A DNA stretch of 64,000 nucleotides from assembly GCA_030833925.1 (NCBI GenBank), contig JAURGE010000008.1:6617-70616 (forward strand), written 5' to 3'. Made by a program: the position numbers and the translations under genes. The stretch comes from Alphaproteobacteria bacterium (lineage in GTDB: Bacteria > Pseudomonadota > Alphaproteobacteria > Bin95). The notes beneath the pieces were generated by a model that was not told the DNA's origin, searched no databases, and was given only the letters and a program-made list of their open reading frames with translations. Shown piece by piece: positions 39,684 through 50,015 of the stretch (position 1 is its first letter; every line of letters begins with the position of its first letter).

Positions 39684-40588
39684 GCTGGTTTGAACGCCTC
39701 AAACAAGGCTTAACCAGGACTTCATCTAAGCTTTCAAATGATGTGGCCGATGCAATAGATGGCCGCAAACTTGATGATGACGCATTAGAGCAACTCGAAG
39801 ATGCTCTTATCATGGCAGATATGGGTCCTGCTGTAGCAAGCCAGCTGATTGATAGCCTAAAGGATATGCGCGGACGAACGGTTGGCGACATCGAGGTGCG
39901 CGAGCGAATAGCTAAAGAAGTCACTCGAATTCTGGAACGGGTAGCAGAGCCGATAGACCTTTCAAGCGGCAAAAAACCATTTGTTATTTTGGTCATCGGA
40001 GTTAACGGAACGGGTAAGACGACAACGATTGGAAAATTGGCGTCTGCTTTGAAGCAATCAGGCGACAAAGTAATGATTGCCGCTGGTGATACTTTTAGAG
40101 CTGCTGCAGTAGAGCAACTTCAGATCTGGGGAGAGAGAGCTGGTGTACCGGTAATTTCCCAAGAGAATGGTTCAGATGCGGCTAGCCTGGCATTCCAAGC
40201 GCTAGAAAAAGCAAAGGCTGATAATGCCGATGTGCTTCTAATCGATACAGCGGGACGTCTACACAACAAATCCAACTTAATGGATGAATTAAAAAAGATT
40301 GTGCGCGTTATTAAAAAATTAGATCCCTCAGCACCTCACGAAACACTGCTTACGCTTGATGCAACTACGGGGCAAAATGCTCTCAACCAAGTCAAAGTCT
40401 TTGGCGAGATGGCAAACGTCACTGGCCTCGCAATTACGAAACTTGATGGCACGGCAAAAGGTGGGGTCGTGATATCACTCGCGAAGGCTTATGACATACC
40501 GGTCCGACTGATAGGTGTTGGCGAAGGTAAGGACGACATGCAGCCATTCGAACCAAACGAATTCGCGAGAGGACTGTTAGGCCTTTAG
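39680..40588 (+). CDS. ftsY: Signal-recognition-particle receptor FtsY
   Basis: NG domain GVNGTGKTTT, DTAGR, TKLDGTAKGG. Start at ATG 39680 (MSWFERLK) overlaps the mtaB stop (ATGA). Confidence 0.9.
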   Translation: MSWFERLKQGLTRTSSKLSNDVADAIDGRKLDDDALEQLEDALIMADMGPAVASQLIDSLKDMRGRTVGDIEVRERIAKEVTRILERVAEPIDLSSGKKPFVILVIGVNGTGKTTTIGKLASALKQSGDKVMIAAGDTFRAAAVEQLQIWGERAGVPVISQENGSDAASLAFQALEKAKADNADVLLIDTAGRLHNKSNLMDELKKIVRVIKKLDPSAPHETLLTLDATTGQNALNQVKVFGEMANVTGLAITKLDGTAKGGVVISLAKAYDIPVRLIGVGEGKDDMQPFEPNEFARGLLGL

Positions 40589-41196
40589 GCTAAGCCATGG
40601 ATTTCAGCAAAAGGATCCCAACTAGCGTCCCTTTTCCAGTCATATTCTGCACGAACTGCGACACGGTTAGCTTCAGAATTACCGTAAAATAGTTCAATCA
40701 TACCGAGCGCCATGTCCATACCGGCAGAGACACCTGAAGAGGTAAAATACTTACCATCTCTAACCCATCGAGCCTTGGGCTGCCAGTTAACGTTCGGTCC
40801 CTGCGTCATTACCCAGGCGAATGCAGCCTTATTTGTAGTAGCAACCTTGCCGTCTAGATGACCAGTCTTTGCTAATAATGCTGACCCTGTGCAAACGGTA
40901 GCAACCACTTCTGAACTTTCCGATGCCTTAGCAATCCAATCAATCAGAGAGCTGTCTTCCACACCTGGACGTGTTCCTGGGCCACCTGGGATCAGAAGAA
41001 TATCGAACGCCGTATCTTCAACAAAGCTCTGATCAACAACGCTGCTTGGTCCTTGGCGGCTTGCTACCGGATCCATGGTTGCAGCTATCATCTTGATGGT
41101 TGGAACATCCTCTAACATCCCAAACATCTCAAGAGGTCCAAACATGTCGAGCAGTTCGAACCCAGGAAATACAAGTGCCCCGATTGACCGTCCCAT
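40585..41196 (-). CDS. DJ-1/PfpI family protein
   Basis: 203 aa. Nucleophile-elbow CTGSALLAKTG. Class I glutamine amidotransferase-like fold pattern. Confidence 0.8.
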   Translation of the reverse strand: MGRSIGALVFPGFELLDMFGPLEMFGMLEDVPTIKMIAATMDPVASRQGPSSVVDQSFVEDTAFDILLIPGGPGTRPGVEDSSLIDWIAKASESSEVVATVCTGSALLAKTGHLDGKVATTNKAAFAWVMTQGPNVNWQPKARWVRDGKYFTSSGVSAGMDMALGMIELFYGNSEANRVAVRAEYDWKRDASWDPFAEIHGLA

Positions 41197-42149
41197 TAAT
41201 TAGCTTGCTTATAGTTCGAGTACTGACCCTGATTTCTAAAACGGATTAGATAATCAGGAACTTCAGCTGCTATCGCCGTTGCCTCTATACCGAGATCCGA
41301 AAGCTTGAGTGCCTTGTCATCTACTACGTTATCTTTCTGTAACAAAATAAGTTGATCGCGAGTCAACGGCGGAGATGGAAGAAGCTCCATTAAAGCCGCG
41401 AGTGGCTTCAGAAATAGGGCCGGGGCAGGAACGAGAGCACGCTTTCGGCCCGTCTCGGACAAAATGTATTCAAGTAGCTCCCTGAAATTCATAACTTCTG
41501 GACCGCCAAGCTCATAAGTCTTTCCAGAATATTCTTCGCTTTGCAGCACAGCTAATACGGCATCTGCCACATCGCCTACATATACGGGCTGAAACTTAGT
41601 CCTTCCCCCATCAATTAGCGGCAAAGCTGGTGCAATTCGTGCCATAGCTCCAAACCTATTGAAAAAATCATCTTCGGGGCCAAACACAACACTTGGACGC
41701 AGGATGACACTTTCAGGAAGAGCAGAGCGAACAGAATCCTCACCTAGGGCCTTGCTCCGTGCGTAAGCGCTTGCACTTTCAGCGCTGGCACCGATTGCAG
41801 AAACGTGCACCATCTGCCGAACTCCAGCTGCTGCTGCTGCACGTGCAATAGTCTGAGGCCCTTCAACATGAGCCATTCGGAAGCTCTGTCGACCACCTTG
41901 GGATAGTATCCCTATCAAATTAATTACAGCGTCGGATCCATCTACCGCTGCCTTCACAGAATCAGCCTGGCTGATGGAAACTTTCACCGGAGCCACCTGC
42001 CCAACTGCACCCATCGGCTTCAGAAATTTTGCGCCTTCTGGATCACGCGTGGCCACCCGCACGCGAGCGCCCTTTGCGGCTAATCGCTTGACCACGTAGC
42101 GGCCAATAAAGCCAGAGCCACCAAATACCGTGACTACTCGTCCTTGCAT
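41196..42149 (-). CDS. NAD(P)H-binding SDR-family protein (complex I NDUFA9-like / NmrA-like)
   Basis: VFGGSGFIGRYV Rossmann motif. 317 aa, typical of alphaproteobacterial NDUFA9 homologues. Confidence 0.7.
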   Translation of the reverse strand: MQGRVVTVFGGSGFIGRYVVKRLAAKGARVRVATRDPEGAKFLKPMGAVGQVAPVKVSISQADSVKAAVDGSDAVINLIGILSQGGRQSFRMAHVEGPQTIARAAAAAGVRQMVHVSAIGASAESASAYARSKALGEDSVRSALPESVILRPSVVFGPEDDFFNRFGAMARIAPALPLIDGGRTKFQPVYVGDVADAVLAVLQSEEYSGKTYELGGPEVMNFRELLEYILSETGRKRALVPAPALFLKPLAALMELLPSPPLTRDQLILLQKDNVVDDKALKLSDLGIEATAIAAEVPDYLIRFRNQGQYSNYKQAN

Positions 42150-42258
42150 TCCTTCTTAACCCTCTTACCGAAAGAAAAGTCATACCCCTTATACATCGGT
42201 AGGTATGCGATTGGCGACCACCCTTGCGATGCTAATGATAAGGTTTTATCCGAAGCGT

Positions 42259-43452
42259 ATGACCAATGCATCCATTCCTCACATCCGCCTTCTCCCCAAA
42301 CGCCACCGGCGAGTAAAAATGGGACATCCGTGGGTGTACTCTAATGAAATAGAAATGACACCAGAAGTTAAGGATTTAACTCCAGGTGTTATTACAACCT
42401 TTGAGAATGCTGCAGGTGAGCCGATCGGCACCGGAATGTTTAATCCAAGACCGCTCGTCGTAGGTCGTATTTTATCTACTGAAGTTAACCTCAAAATTGA
42501 CGAAGATTATATTTTTAACAGGCTTTCACGAGCCTGTGCCCTGCGTGACCGACTATTTCCGGAACCGTTTTATAGACTAATCCATGCTGAGGCCGATGGA
42601 ATGCCTGGCGTAATAATTGATCGATATGGAGACGTTGCCGTTGTGCAGATCAATACGGCTGGCTTCAGCCTTTTGGAAAACGAACTCCAGAGTGCGTTGA
42701 AGCGACTGCTAAATCCTAATGCTATAGTTTTTCAAAGAAGTTCGACTGTCCGTACCATGGAAGGACTATCTCTAGAGCCTGATGAAATTTTTGGAAAAAT
42801 CTCCGAACGGACAGAACTAATAGAAAATGGGCTTGTTTTTCTTACCGATCTTGCCAGCGGACAGAAAACTGGTTGGTTTTATGACCAGCGAGGCAATCGG
42901 GCTGCCGTTGCAGCCATTGCTTCAGGGGCTCGTGTTCTTGACTGCTACTGCTACCTTGGTGGGTTCGGACTCAATGCCGCTGCTGGGGGCGCAAAAGCAG
43001 TAACAATGGTCGATCGGTCTGAACCCGCTCTTGCTTTGGCTCAAGCAGCTGCTAACCGAAACGGATTAAGCAATATTTGCAAATTTGAGCGGGAGGATGC
43101 GTTTTCTTTTTTAGAGAAAGCCGTCAAAGCAGGTGAACGTTGGGACGTCGTGATCGTGGATCCTCCGGCTTTCGTAAAAAGTCGCAAAGACATTGCTGCA
43201 GGCCTTCGCGGTTATCGCAAACTTTTGCGCCTAGCTGCTCAATTGGTTGAGCCAGGCGGTTTTCTATTTGCCGCCTCATGCTCCCATAATGTTGACGAAA
43301 CGGCATTTAGCGAGCAAGTACGTCATGGCCTAGCCGATGCAGGTCGAACCGGGCGTCTCTTGCGCGCCGCAGGCGCTGCACCCGATCACCCTGTACACCC
43401 CTTCCTAGCCGAGAGTGCATACCTCTGCAGTGAGCTTCTTCAACTTGATTGA
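42259..43452 (+). CDS. rlmI: Class I SAM-dependent rRNA (cytosine-C5) methyltransferase, RlmI-like
   Basis: PUA-like N-terminus (KRHRRVKMGHPWVYSNEI aligns with E. coli RlmI RRHPWVF). SAM-binding VLDCYCYLGGFG. DPPAF motif. The ORF extends to 42205; the ATG at 42259 is preferred. Confidence 0.75.
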   Translation: MTNASIPHIRLLPKRHRRVKMGHPWVYSNEIEMTPEVKDLTPGVITTFENAAGEPIGTGMFNPRPLVVGRILSTEVNLKIDEDYIFNRLSRACALRDRLFPEPFYRLIHAEADGMPGVIIDRYGDVAVVQINTAGFSLLENELQSALKRLLNPNAIVFQRSSTVRTMEGLSLEPDEIFGKISERTELIENGLVFLTDLASGQKTGWFYDQRGNRAAVAAIASGARVLDCYCYLGGFGLNAAAGGAKAVTMVDRSEPALALAQAAANRNGLSNICKFEREDAFSFLEKAVKAGERWDVVIVDPPAFVKSRKDIAAGLRGYRKLLRLAAQLVEPGGFLFAASCSHNVDETAFSEQVRHGLADAGRTGRLLRAAGAAPDHPVHPFLAESAYLCSELLQLD

Positions 43453-43527
43453 TACCAGAATGGTTGCGCCGGGGGAAAATTCTGCCTAGCGTTTCAATGT
43501 CTGTCAGCACCAACGGGATTTTCCGCC

Positions 43528-45243
43528 ATGTACGACATTGTCATTCGAAACGGAACCATCATTGATGGCACGGGTGCACCCGGCTACACCGGTGATATCG
43601 CTATCAGCGGTGATAAGATCGCCAAGGTAGGCGGTAAGGTCGGCTCAGGTAAGCGCGAAATAGACGCCAACGGTAAATTGGTTACGCCAGGTTTCGTAGA
43701 TGTGCACACTCACTACGATGGCCAGGCTACATGGGACCCAATGCTCACACCGTCTTCTTGGCATGGTGTTACAACAATTCTATTTGGAAATTGTGGAGTT
43801 GGCTTTGCGCCGTGCCGACCCCAGGACCATGACGCCCTCATTGATCTTATGGAAGGTGTGGAGGACATCCCAGGGATTGTTTTGTCAGAAGGACTCAAAT
43901 GGGACTGGGAGAGCTTTCCAGAATATCTTGACGCCCTCGAAAAACAGGAACGTGTCATCGACATAGGCGCCCAGATGCCCCACCACCCGTTGCGGGTCTA
44001 TGTGATGGGGGACCGCGCCATTAATTTTGAGGACGCAACTGCAGAAGATATCGCAGAGATGCGAAAACTTACTGAAGAAGCTCTGAAAGCTGGTGCCTTT
44101 GGCTTCACAACTTCGCGAACAGAGTCCCATCGAACAACAAAAGGCGAACGCGTACCTGGCCGCTACGCAGCAGCAGACGAGCTCATAGGAATTGGTCAGG
44201 CGTTCAAAAACGTCGACCATGGCGCATACGGAATGCTCAATGATTTTGAGGATGAAGAGGCCGAATTCCAATGGATCGAAACTATTGGAAAAGAAACAGG
44301 TCGTCCTCTCTGGTTTCTTCTCACTGACCGTTATTCAGACCCAGAACGGTGGCGTCGCTTAATGAAAGGCGCCCATGCAGCACGTGATGAGGGGGCCAAT
44401 GTAACCGCCCAAATTGCTGGACGAGCTGTGGGTATCATTTTGGGCTTTTCAACTTCTCTAACTCCATTCAGCGGACGTCCGACATTTGCCGCGCTAGAAG
44501 GTGTTCCTCAACCTGAGAGACTAGCAAAACTTAAAGATCCAAAAGTTCGCGCTCAGATACTTTCGGAGGATAATTCGGACGAACTTCTCTCTCGGTTACC
44601 ACCCCTTCAGAGAGCCATCGCGAGTCGTTGGGATCGTATGTACATACTCAATGACCCTCCCGAGTATGAGCCTAAGCCTGAAGCCGCGGTGCAAGAGGCA
44701 GCACGGCTTGCAGGCAAGTCTCCTCAAGAATTTGTTTACGACTTCATGGCGGAAGGCGATGGCGGAGGCATGGTGCTTTTCCCGGTTACCAACTTTGTTA
44801 CTGGTGATCTAGAGCCTGTTCACGAGATGATGCAAGATGAAGCAACAATTGTTGGCTTAGGTGATGGCGGCGCCCATTGTGGCCAAATCTGTGACGCTTC
44901 AATGCCTACATTTATGCTGACCCACTGGACCCGTGACCGAACCCGTGGCGGAAAATTTCCCGTGGAATGGGCAGTTCGTCGCCTAACTAGCGAAACAGCT
45001 GACTTCTTTGGATTCAAAGATCGCGGAAGGCTTTCAGAAGGCTTGAAGGCAGATGTAAACGTTATTGATTATGATGCACTCCAAATTCGCCGGCCAGAAG
45101 TAATTTTTGATCTTCCAGCGGGTGGCCGTCGACTAGTTCAACGGGCTGAAGGATATGTGATGACCATAGTATCCGGCGTGCCAGTTTTTGAAAATGGCGA
45201 ACATACAGGCGCACTGCCAGGTAAGTTGGTCCGGGCTGGTTAA
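43528..45243 (+). CDS. N-acyl-D-amino-acid deacylase (D-aminoacylase) family amidohydrolase
   Basis: YDIVIRNGTIIDGTG...PGFVDVHTHYD metal-binding motif. 571 aa, amidohydrolase-3 architecture. Confidence 0.8.
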   Translation: MYDIVIRNGTIIDGTGAPGYTGDIAISGDKIAKVGGKVGSGKREIDANGKLVTPGFVDVHTHYDGQATWDPMLTPSSWHGVTTILFGNCGVGFAPCRPQDHDALIDLMEGVEDIPGIVLSEGLKWDWESFPEYLDALEKQERVIDIGAQMPHHPLRVYVMGDRAINFEDATAEDIAEMRKLTEEALKAGAFGFTTSRTESHRTTKGERVPGRYAAADELIGIGQAFKNVDHGAYGMLNDFEDEEAEFQWIETIGKETGRPLWFLLTDRYSDPERWRRLMKGAHAARDEGANVTAQIAGRAVGIILGFSTSLTPFSGRPTFAALEGVPQPERLAKLKDPKVRAQILSEDNSDELLSRLPPLQRAIASRWDRMYILNDPPEYEPKPEAAVQEAARLAGKSPQEFVYDFMAEGDGGGMVLFPVTNFVTGDLEPVHEMMQDEATIVGLGDGGAHCGQICDASMPTFMLTHWTRDRTRGGKFPVEWAVRRLTSETADFFGFKDRGRLSEGLKADVNVIDYDALQIRRPEVIFDLPAGGRRLVQRAEGYVMTIVSGVPVFENGEHTGALPGKLVRAG

Positions 45244-45293
45244 AACGCTAACGAGTTTTCCTTTTACATTTCCCAGAGAAAGCGGGGGCGGTA

Positions 45294-47003
45294 TTGGATA
45301 ATCCGAGCCCTATTGATGCTATAGCACTTGAGGTCTTCTCAAACCGTCTCCTTGCAATAGCCGAAGAGATGGGCCGACGGCTTGTGCGTTCATCATTCTC
45401 TCCAAACATTAAAGAACGAAGAGATTGCTCGACCGCGTTATTTGCCGCTGACGGCCGACTGATAGTTCAAGCGGCACACATCCCAATCCACTTGGGCTCT
45501 CTCTTTGGAGCTATTGAGGCGATCATTACCAAATTTCCGCTCGAGAACATGAAACCAGGAGATGCATTCATTGCGAATGATGCCTATCTCTGCGGCGGAA
45601 CACACTTAAACGATATTTCAATTATCGAACCTGTGTTTGTAGAAGGTGGTGTTCACTATTTTGTTGCTTGCATTGGCCATCACACTGACGTGGGAGGCCC
45701 AACACCCGGCTCGATTGCCCCAGACGCCGCCTCAATCTTCGAAGAGGGCATCAGGATTCCTGCAACCCAAATTGCACGAAGTGGTGAACTTGATACTGGA
45801 TTAATAGAATTAATTGCCCACAACACCCGAGAACCTGAAATCCGCAAATTAGATCTTGAGGTGCAGGCCGCAGTATCGCGCTTTGGAGCAATCCGCCTTG
45901 GGGAACTAGCATCACAAGAAGGCAGCAAACGCATGGCTTTGCTTGCTGATGGCCTAATCGAATATGCCCGACGTCGCCTTGCTGGGCGAATTGCTGAACT
46001 TCCAAATGGCACATACGCACATACTGTCTGGATGGATGACGACGGACTTGGCGGTGATCCACTACCAATCTGCGCAACGCTGACTGTAGAGGGCGAGAGG
46101 CTAATTTTCGACTTTGCCGGAACTGGTAATCAATCCCGCGGCGGTTTCAATTTACTGCCCTCGGGGGTGATGGCAACTGTGGGATATGCAGTGAAGGCCC
46201 TACTCGACCCTGATCTTCCGCCTAATTCAGGGCTATTCCAAGCAGTGGAGCTCCAAATACCTAAAGGAACAATACTCAACCCTAGATTTCCTGCCGCGGT
46301 TGGAGCCAGAACAACTACCTGCCAAAAGCTCTCAAGTGCCATTTTTGGCGCACTGCAACCGGCCCTACCTTTAGAGCGGACGATGGCTTCAAGTCACGAT
46401 ATTCTCGCTTCTATGGTCTTCGGTGGTGAAACGACGACTGGAGAGCCATACGTCTATCTCGAAACGATTGGTGGCGGAAATGGTGCCCTCGCTGATATGA
46501 ACGGCATGGATGGCGCCCACTGTCACATTACCAATTCTTTAAATACACCAGCGGAAGCAGTTGAAAGCAGTTATCCCCTTCGCGTTATCGAATATTCACT
46601 CATTGAGGGATCCGGTGGAATAGGACGTATGCGTGGCGGCATGGGTCTTGCTCGCGAGATAGAGGCGGTGGGCCAACCAACCAGCTTTTCAAGTCGTGGA
46701 GATAACTTCAAAACATCACCCAAGGGAGTAAATGGTGGGGGTGATGGAGGTAGAGCCCGCGTGATCTTAAAACCAAAAAACGGAACTGAGAGGGTTGTTG
46801 ACGTCAAACAACGCCGCCTCACAATGGCCCCTGGCGATAGGGTCCGTATGGAAACGCCTGGCGGAGGTGGATTTGGCGCTCCTGCCCTACGGCCGGTAGA
46901 TCAGTTAGCTGCTGATATTGCAGATGGTCGCCTTTCTAATGATGCCTCTGATCTGTATCCTAAGCCCCTTGCCAATAGCGCAAAGGACATTGCTTCAGGT
47001 TAA
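45294..47003 (+). CDS. Hydantoinase B/oxoprolinase family protein (orphan HyuB-like, no adjacent A subunit)
   Basis: IKERRDCSTAL, NDAYLCGGTHLNDI and ETIGGGNG motifs, paralogous to the gene at 31653. Confidence 0.8.
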   Translation: MDNPSPIDAIALEVFSNRLLAIAEEMGRRLVRSSFSPNIKERRDCSTALFAADGRLIVQAAHIPIHLGSLFGAIEAIITKFPLENMKPGDAFIANDAYLCGGTHLNDISIIEPVFVEGGVHYFVACIGHHTDVGGPTPGSIAPDAASIFEEGIRIPATQIARSGELDTGLIELIAHNTREPEIRKLDLEVQAAVSRFGAIRLGELASQEGSKRMALLADGLIEYARRRLAGRIAELPNGTYAHTVWMDDDGLGGDPLPICATLTVEGERLIFDFAGTGNQSRGGFNLLPSGVMATVGYAVKALLDPDLPPNSGLFQAVELQIPKGTILNPRFPAAVGARTTTCQKLSSAIFGALQPALPLERTMASSHDILASMVFGGETTTGEPYVYLETIGGGNGALADMNGMDGAHCHITNSLNTPAEAVESSYPLRVIEYSLIEGSGGIGRMRGGMGLAREIEAVGQPTSFSSRGDNFKTSPKGVNGGGDGGRARVILKPKNGTERVVDVKQRRLTMAPGDRVRMETPGGGGFGAPALRPVDQLAADIADGRLSNDASDLYPKPLANSAKDIASG

Positions 47004-47048
47004 AAGTTATAGTGAAGCACTTATAGGTCAATAAAATTAAGAAGGTTC

Positions 47049-47552
47049 GTGCACATGCCTGCTGCTACCGATTCAAAACGCCCTTGGCGTGAGCCACGTG
47101 TTCCGGAACAACGGTATTTTGAAGACTTCAAATTGGGTGAGCGGTTTATTTCCCCCTCACGAACACAAACTGATGCACTTTTCGCAGCGTTCCAAATGGC
47201 AAGCGGTGACAACCATCCAATCCACTACGATATTGAGTTCTGTCGAAGCCTTGGCTTTCCGGGTCTCCTTGCCCACGGCATGCAAGTGTTAATTCAAGCT
47301 GCTCCCGGAGCAGGCGATTTTCCCTTCATCGTACAAGATAGTCTGAAAGCGATTGTTGAGCTTACAGCGCGCTTTAAGGCTCCAGTCTTCTCTGGAGACA
47401 CCACCTATCCCATGCTTGAGGTCATCGGGTTAGAGCCAGGGCGAACAACAGGTGTCATTGTGCTGCGGGCGACAGTGCATAATCAGCGAGATGAACTTTG
47501 TATGGAAGGTGAAATTAAGACGCTGATCAAACGCAGAGAGCCAACAATCTAA
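47049..47552 (+). CDS. MaoC-like (R-specific enoyl-CoA hydratase-type) hot-dog-fold dehydratase
   Basis: DNHPIHYD...GLLAHGMQ active-site pattern of the MaoC family. Confidence 0.75.
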   Translation: MHMPAATDSKRPWREPRVPEQRYFEDFKLGERFISPSRTQTDALFAAFQMASGDNHPIHYDIEFCRSLGFPGLLAHGMQVLIQAAPGAGDFPFIVQDSLKAIVELTARFKAPVFSGDTTYPMLEVIGLEPGRTTGVIVLRATVHNQRDELCMEGEIKTLIKRREPTI

Positions 47553-47686
47553 TTTCTAAACTTGGAGCAGTGAATTGATTTGTGAATATTTAGGATCACA
47601 AAGCGTCACCAGCTAATACCATTCTATTAGGCCCACCCAAGCTGGTGAACTAAATCATCTCATCAGAAGTCAAATAGAGGATATCT

Positions 47687-48337
47687 ATGCCACCCTTTGA
47701 CCTTCAAGAAACCACCAAATTACTGAGCACTACCAGAGCCGTCAGAAAACGCCTCGATTTTAATAAACCAGTGCCTCGCGAAGTAATTATGGAGTGCCTT
47801 GATATTTCCCAGCAGGCTCCCACCGGCAGCAACCGCCAAGGATGGCGATGGCTTGTTGTATCAGATAGTGAAAAACGCAAAGCTCTTGCCGACATATACC
47901 GAAAAGGGGCTGGAGATTATCTGGTAAACTCTGAGGCTAAAGCAGCAGCTGATGGCGATCATCAATCAGTTAGAGTTTATTCTTCAGCACAATACCTAGC
48001 TGAGAACCTCGAAAAAGCACCGGTCCATGTGATCCCACTGATAAAAACAGATCATATGCCTGAAAACCCTCCAGCTCGAGCCTGGGCTGGACTGATGGGC
48101 TCAATCATGCCTGCAGTTTGGAGCTTCCAACTTGCGCTACGCGCTCGTGGGCTTGGCTCTGCCCTAACGACACTTCATCTTCATCACGCGGAAAATGCAG
48201 CAGATCTGCTCGGCATCCCAGACAAATTCATGCAAGTAGGTTTATTACCAGTTGCTTACACCCTCGGGACAGACTTTAAGCCAGCAAAAAGGCCACCGGT
48301 TGAAAACATAGTATCCTGGGAAAAGTGGCAAGGATAA
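47687..48337 (+). CDS. Nitroreductase-family protein
   Basis: 216 aa. RAVRKRLDFNKPVPREVIMECLDISQQAPTGSNRQGWRWLVV typical of the NADH-oxidase/nitroreductase fold. Confidence 0.75.
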   Translation: MPPFDLQETTKLLSTTRAVRKRLDFNKPVPREVIMECLDISQQAPTGSNRQGWRWLVVSDSEKRKALADIYRKGAGDYLVNSEAKAAADGDHQSVRVYSSAQYLAENLEKAPVHVIPLIKTDHMPENPPARAWAGLMGSIMPAVWSFQLALRARGLGSALTTLHLHHAENAADLLGIPDKFMQVGLLPVAYTLGTDFKPAKRPPVENIVSWEKWQG

Positions 48338-48365
48338 AGGGACCCGAAACAACAAGTCCTAGAGA

Positions 48366-49490
48366 CTACTCAGCGCTTGAAATCAGCTGATTGAGATTAC
48401 GATGAAAATTGCAAATTACCTGTTCAAATTGTCCAAAAGTAAAATATTCGTTAGCACCGCTGGCTAAACCTTGTTGGATACTTTTAGCCGCTGCGCGATC
48501 CTCTAAAAGTCCCGTATCTTGCACAAAGTCGGCATCACGTCGCGCAATCTCCAAATTCTCTGGGGTTACCTCTTCTCCTTCGTTAGTAAGCTGATAGACC
48601 ACCCAGCGTGTTGAACTAGGTGTTAAAGGCTCGAGAATGATGAAGAGAGTGTGGTTAGACAGCACTGAAGTATGGGCGTGCGGAAAGATTTGGAAAACTT
48701 GAGTATAGCGTCCCTCGTAATTTCGCTCCTCCGGTAACTTATCACGAAGCCTTTCTATTCTGTTAAACGGAAAGACAATCAGAGCATTACGATTATAGAG
48801 CTCTATGATGTTTAAGTTGTCATACCCATAGGGGTAGAAGGACTTATTGTGCAAAGCCCTAATGTGGTAGCCCTCCATGGAGGTCTCACCAATGAGCTTC
48901 CAATTAGCGTCATCAACAAATTCTAAGGAGTTAAAAACCCTTTGCTCAGGCTTGATAATTTCGGGTAGACAGTCGAGAGCCCCTGCCGAGATTGGTTCCT
49001 GTTGGGTAACAAAAACCACACCCGCTCTTTCTACGGCCGTTACTTCAGCTAATCCATGATCTGATTTATCAACTGAGGGAAAACCTTCAGCGCCGGGAAT
49101 ATGCTTGAGCTTCCCGTCTAAACCATATGTCCAAGCATGATAGGGGCACACAAAAGTCCTTGCACAACCTGAGCCATCTTTAAGTGCCATACCACGGTGT
49201 CTGCACGAATTACGAAATGCCCGAACTACACCATCATCACCACGAACGACCAATAGAGGGGTCCCTGCAGCGACCCGCGCAATGTAAGATCCAGCCTCAG
49301 GCAACGCGGCAGACGGACAGAAGGGCAGAGGAATAGACCGCATCATCTGCAGTTCTGCTTCAAAACGAGTCTGTGAAAAGTAGTTCTTAACCGGTTCCCG
49401 CCAAATTTCCCCGCCCACATCCGTCGTTTTATTATCAACATGACCGATCACACGGGCATAAATTTCTTCAGGCTTTGGAATTTCGATCAT
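48366..49490 (-). CDS. Rieske (2Fe-2S) non-haem-iron oxygenase alpha subunit (374 aa; CntA/GbcA/Stc2-like size class)
   Basis: Rieske CRHRG...CPYHAW. Downstream mononuclear-iron region (EGYHIRALH). Confidence 0.8.
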   Translation of the reverse strand: MIEIPKPEEIYARVIGHVDNKTTDVGGEIWREPVKNYFSQTRFEAELQMMRSIPLPFCPSAALPEAGSYIARVAAGTPLLVVRGDDGVVRAFRNSCRHRGMALKDGSGCARTFVCPYHAWTYGLDGKLKHIPGAEGFPSVDKSDHGLAEVTAVERAGVVFVTQQEPISAGALDCLPEIIKPEQRVFNSLEFVDDANWKLIGETSMEGYHIRALHNKSFYPYGYDNLNIIELYNRNALIVFPFNRIERLRDKLPEERNYEGRYTQVFQIFPHAHTSVLSNHTLFIILEPLTPSSTRWVVYQLTNEGEEVTPENLEIARRDADFVQDTGLLEDRAAAKSIQQGLASGANEYFTFGQFEQVICNFHRNLNQLISSAE

Positions 49491-49499
49491 TAACCAATT

Positions 49500-50015
49500 T
49501 CACACGTTATAGATGTCGATTGGAATATCGACACGGTCATTTAAGAAAGTGATGTGCTTCCTTGCAATTTTGAGAGCTCCGTTATCATCACGCCGAAGCG
49601 TATAGTCATAACGGCCTCCGTGAACACGAGCACCCTTACGGTCTCCATATTGATGAACAGTCCAGCTGCAAGAAGCATCTATAGTAGTTTCCGAAACCGC
49701 CAGTAAAAGAACATTACCTACTACATGTGCGCTTCTTGGCATTGGCGTTGAAGCGTAGCTATCACGGGTACCTATTCTGTAAACTCTATCATCAAGTCCA
49801 GATTTATCGTGAAAGTAAATCAGGAAAAGTTCTTTGGCCGGATCAGAAGCAAGCGTTGTTTCATCAACCCAGGCAGGTATGAGGTATTCAGCATCTTCAC
49901 TGAACAGGTCCAGCCAGTCATCAAAACGGCGCATATCAAGAAGATAAGCCTCCCTGTAAATCAACTGCTCCGCCTCATGTTGCAAACAAAGGTCTTTATT
50001 TGTCACCTGGCTCAT
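49500..50015 (-). CDS. Aromatic-ring-hydroxylating dioxygenase beta subunit (NTF2-like)
   Basis: 171 aa with a SnoaL-like pattern. Immediately downstream of an alpha subunit with a 4-bp overlap. Confidence 0.8.
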   Translation of the reverse strand: MSQVTNKDLCLQHEAEQLIYREAYLLDMRRFDDWLDLFSEDAEYLIPAWVDETTLASDPAKELFLIYFHDKSGLDDRVYRIGTRDSYASTPMPRSAHVVGNVLLLAVSETTIDASCSWTVHQYGDRKGARVHGGRYDYTLRRDDNGALKIARKHITFLNDRVDIPIDIYNV

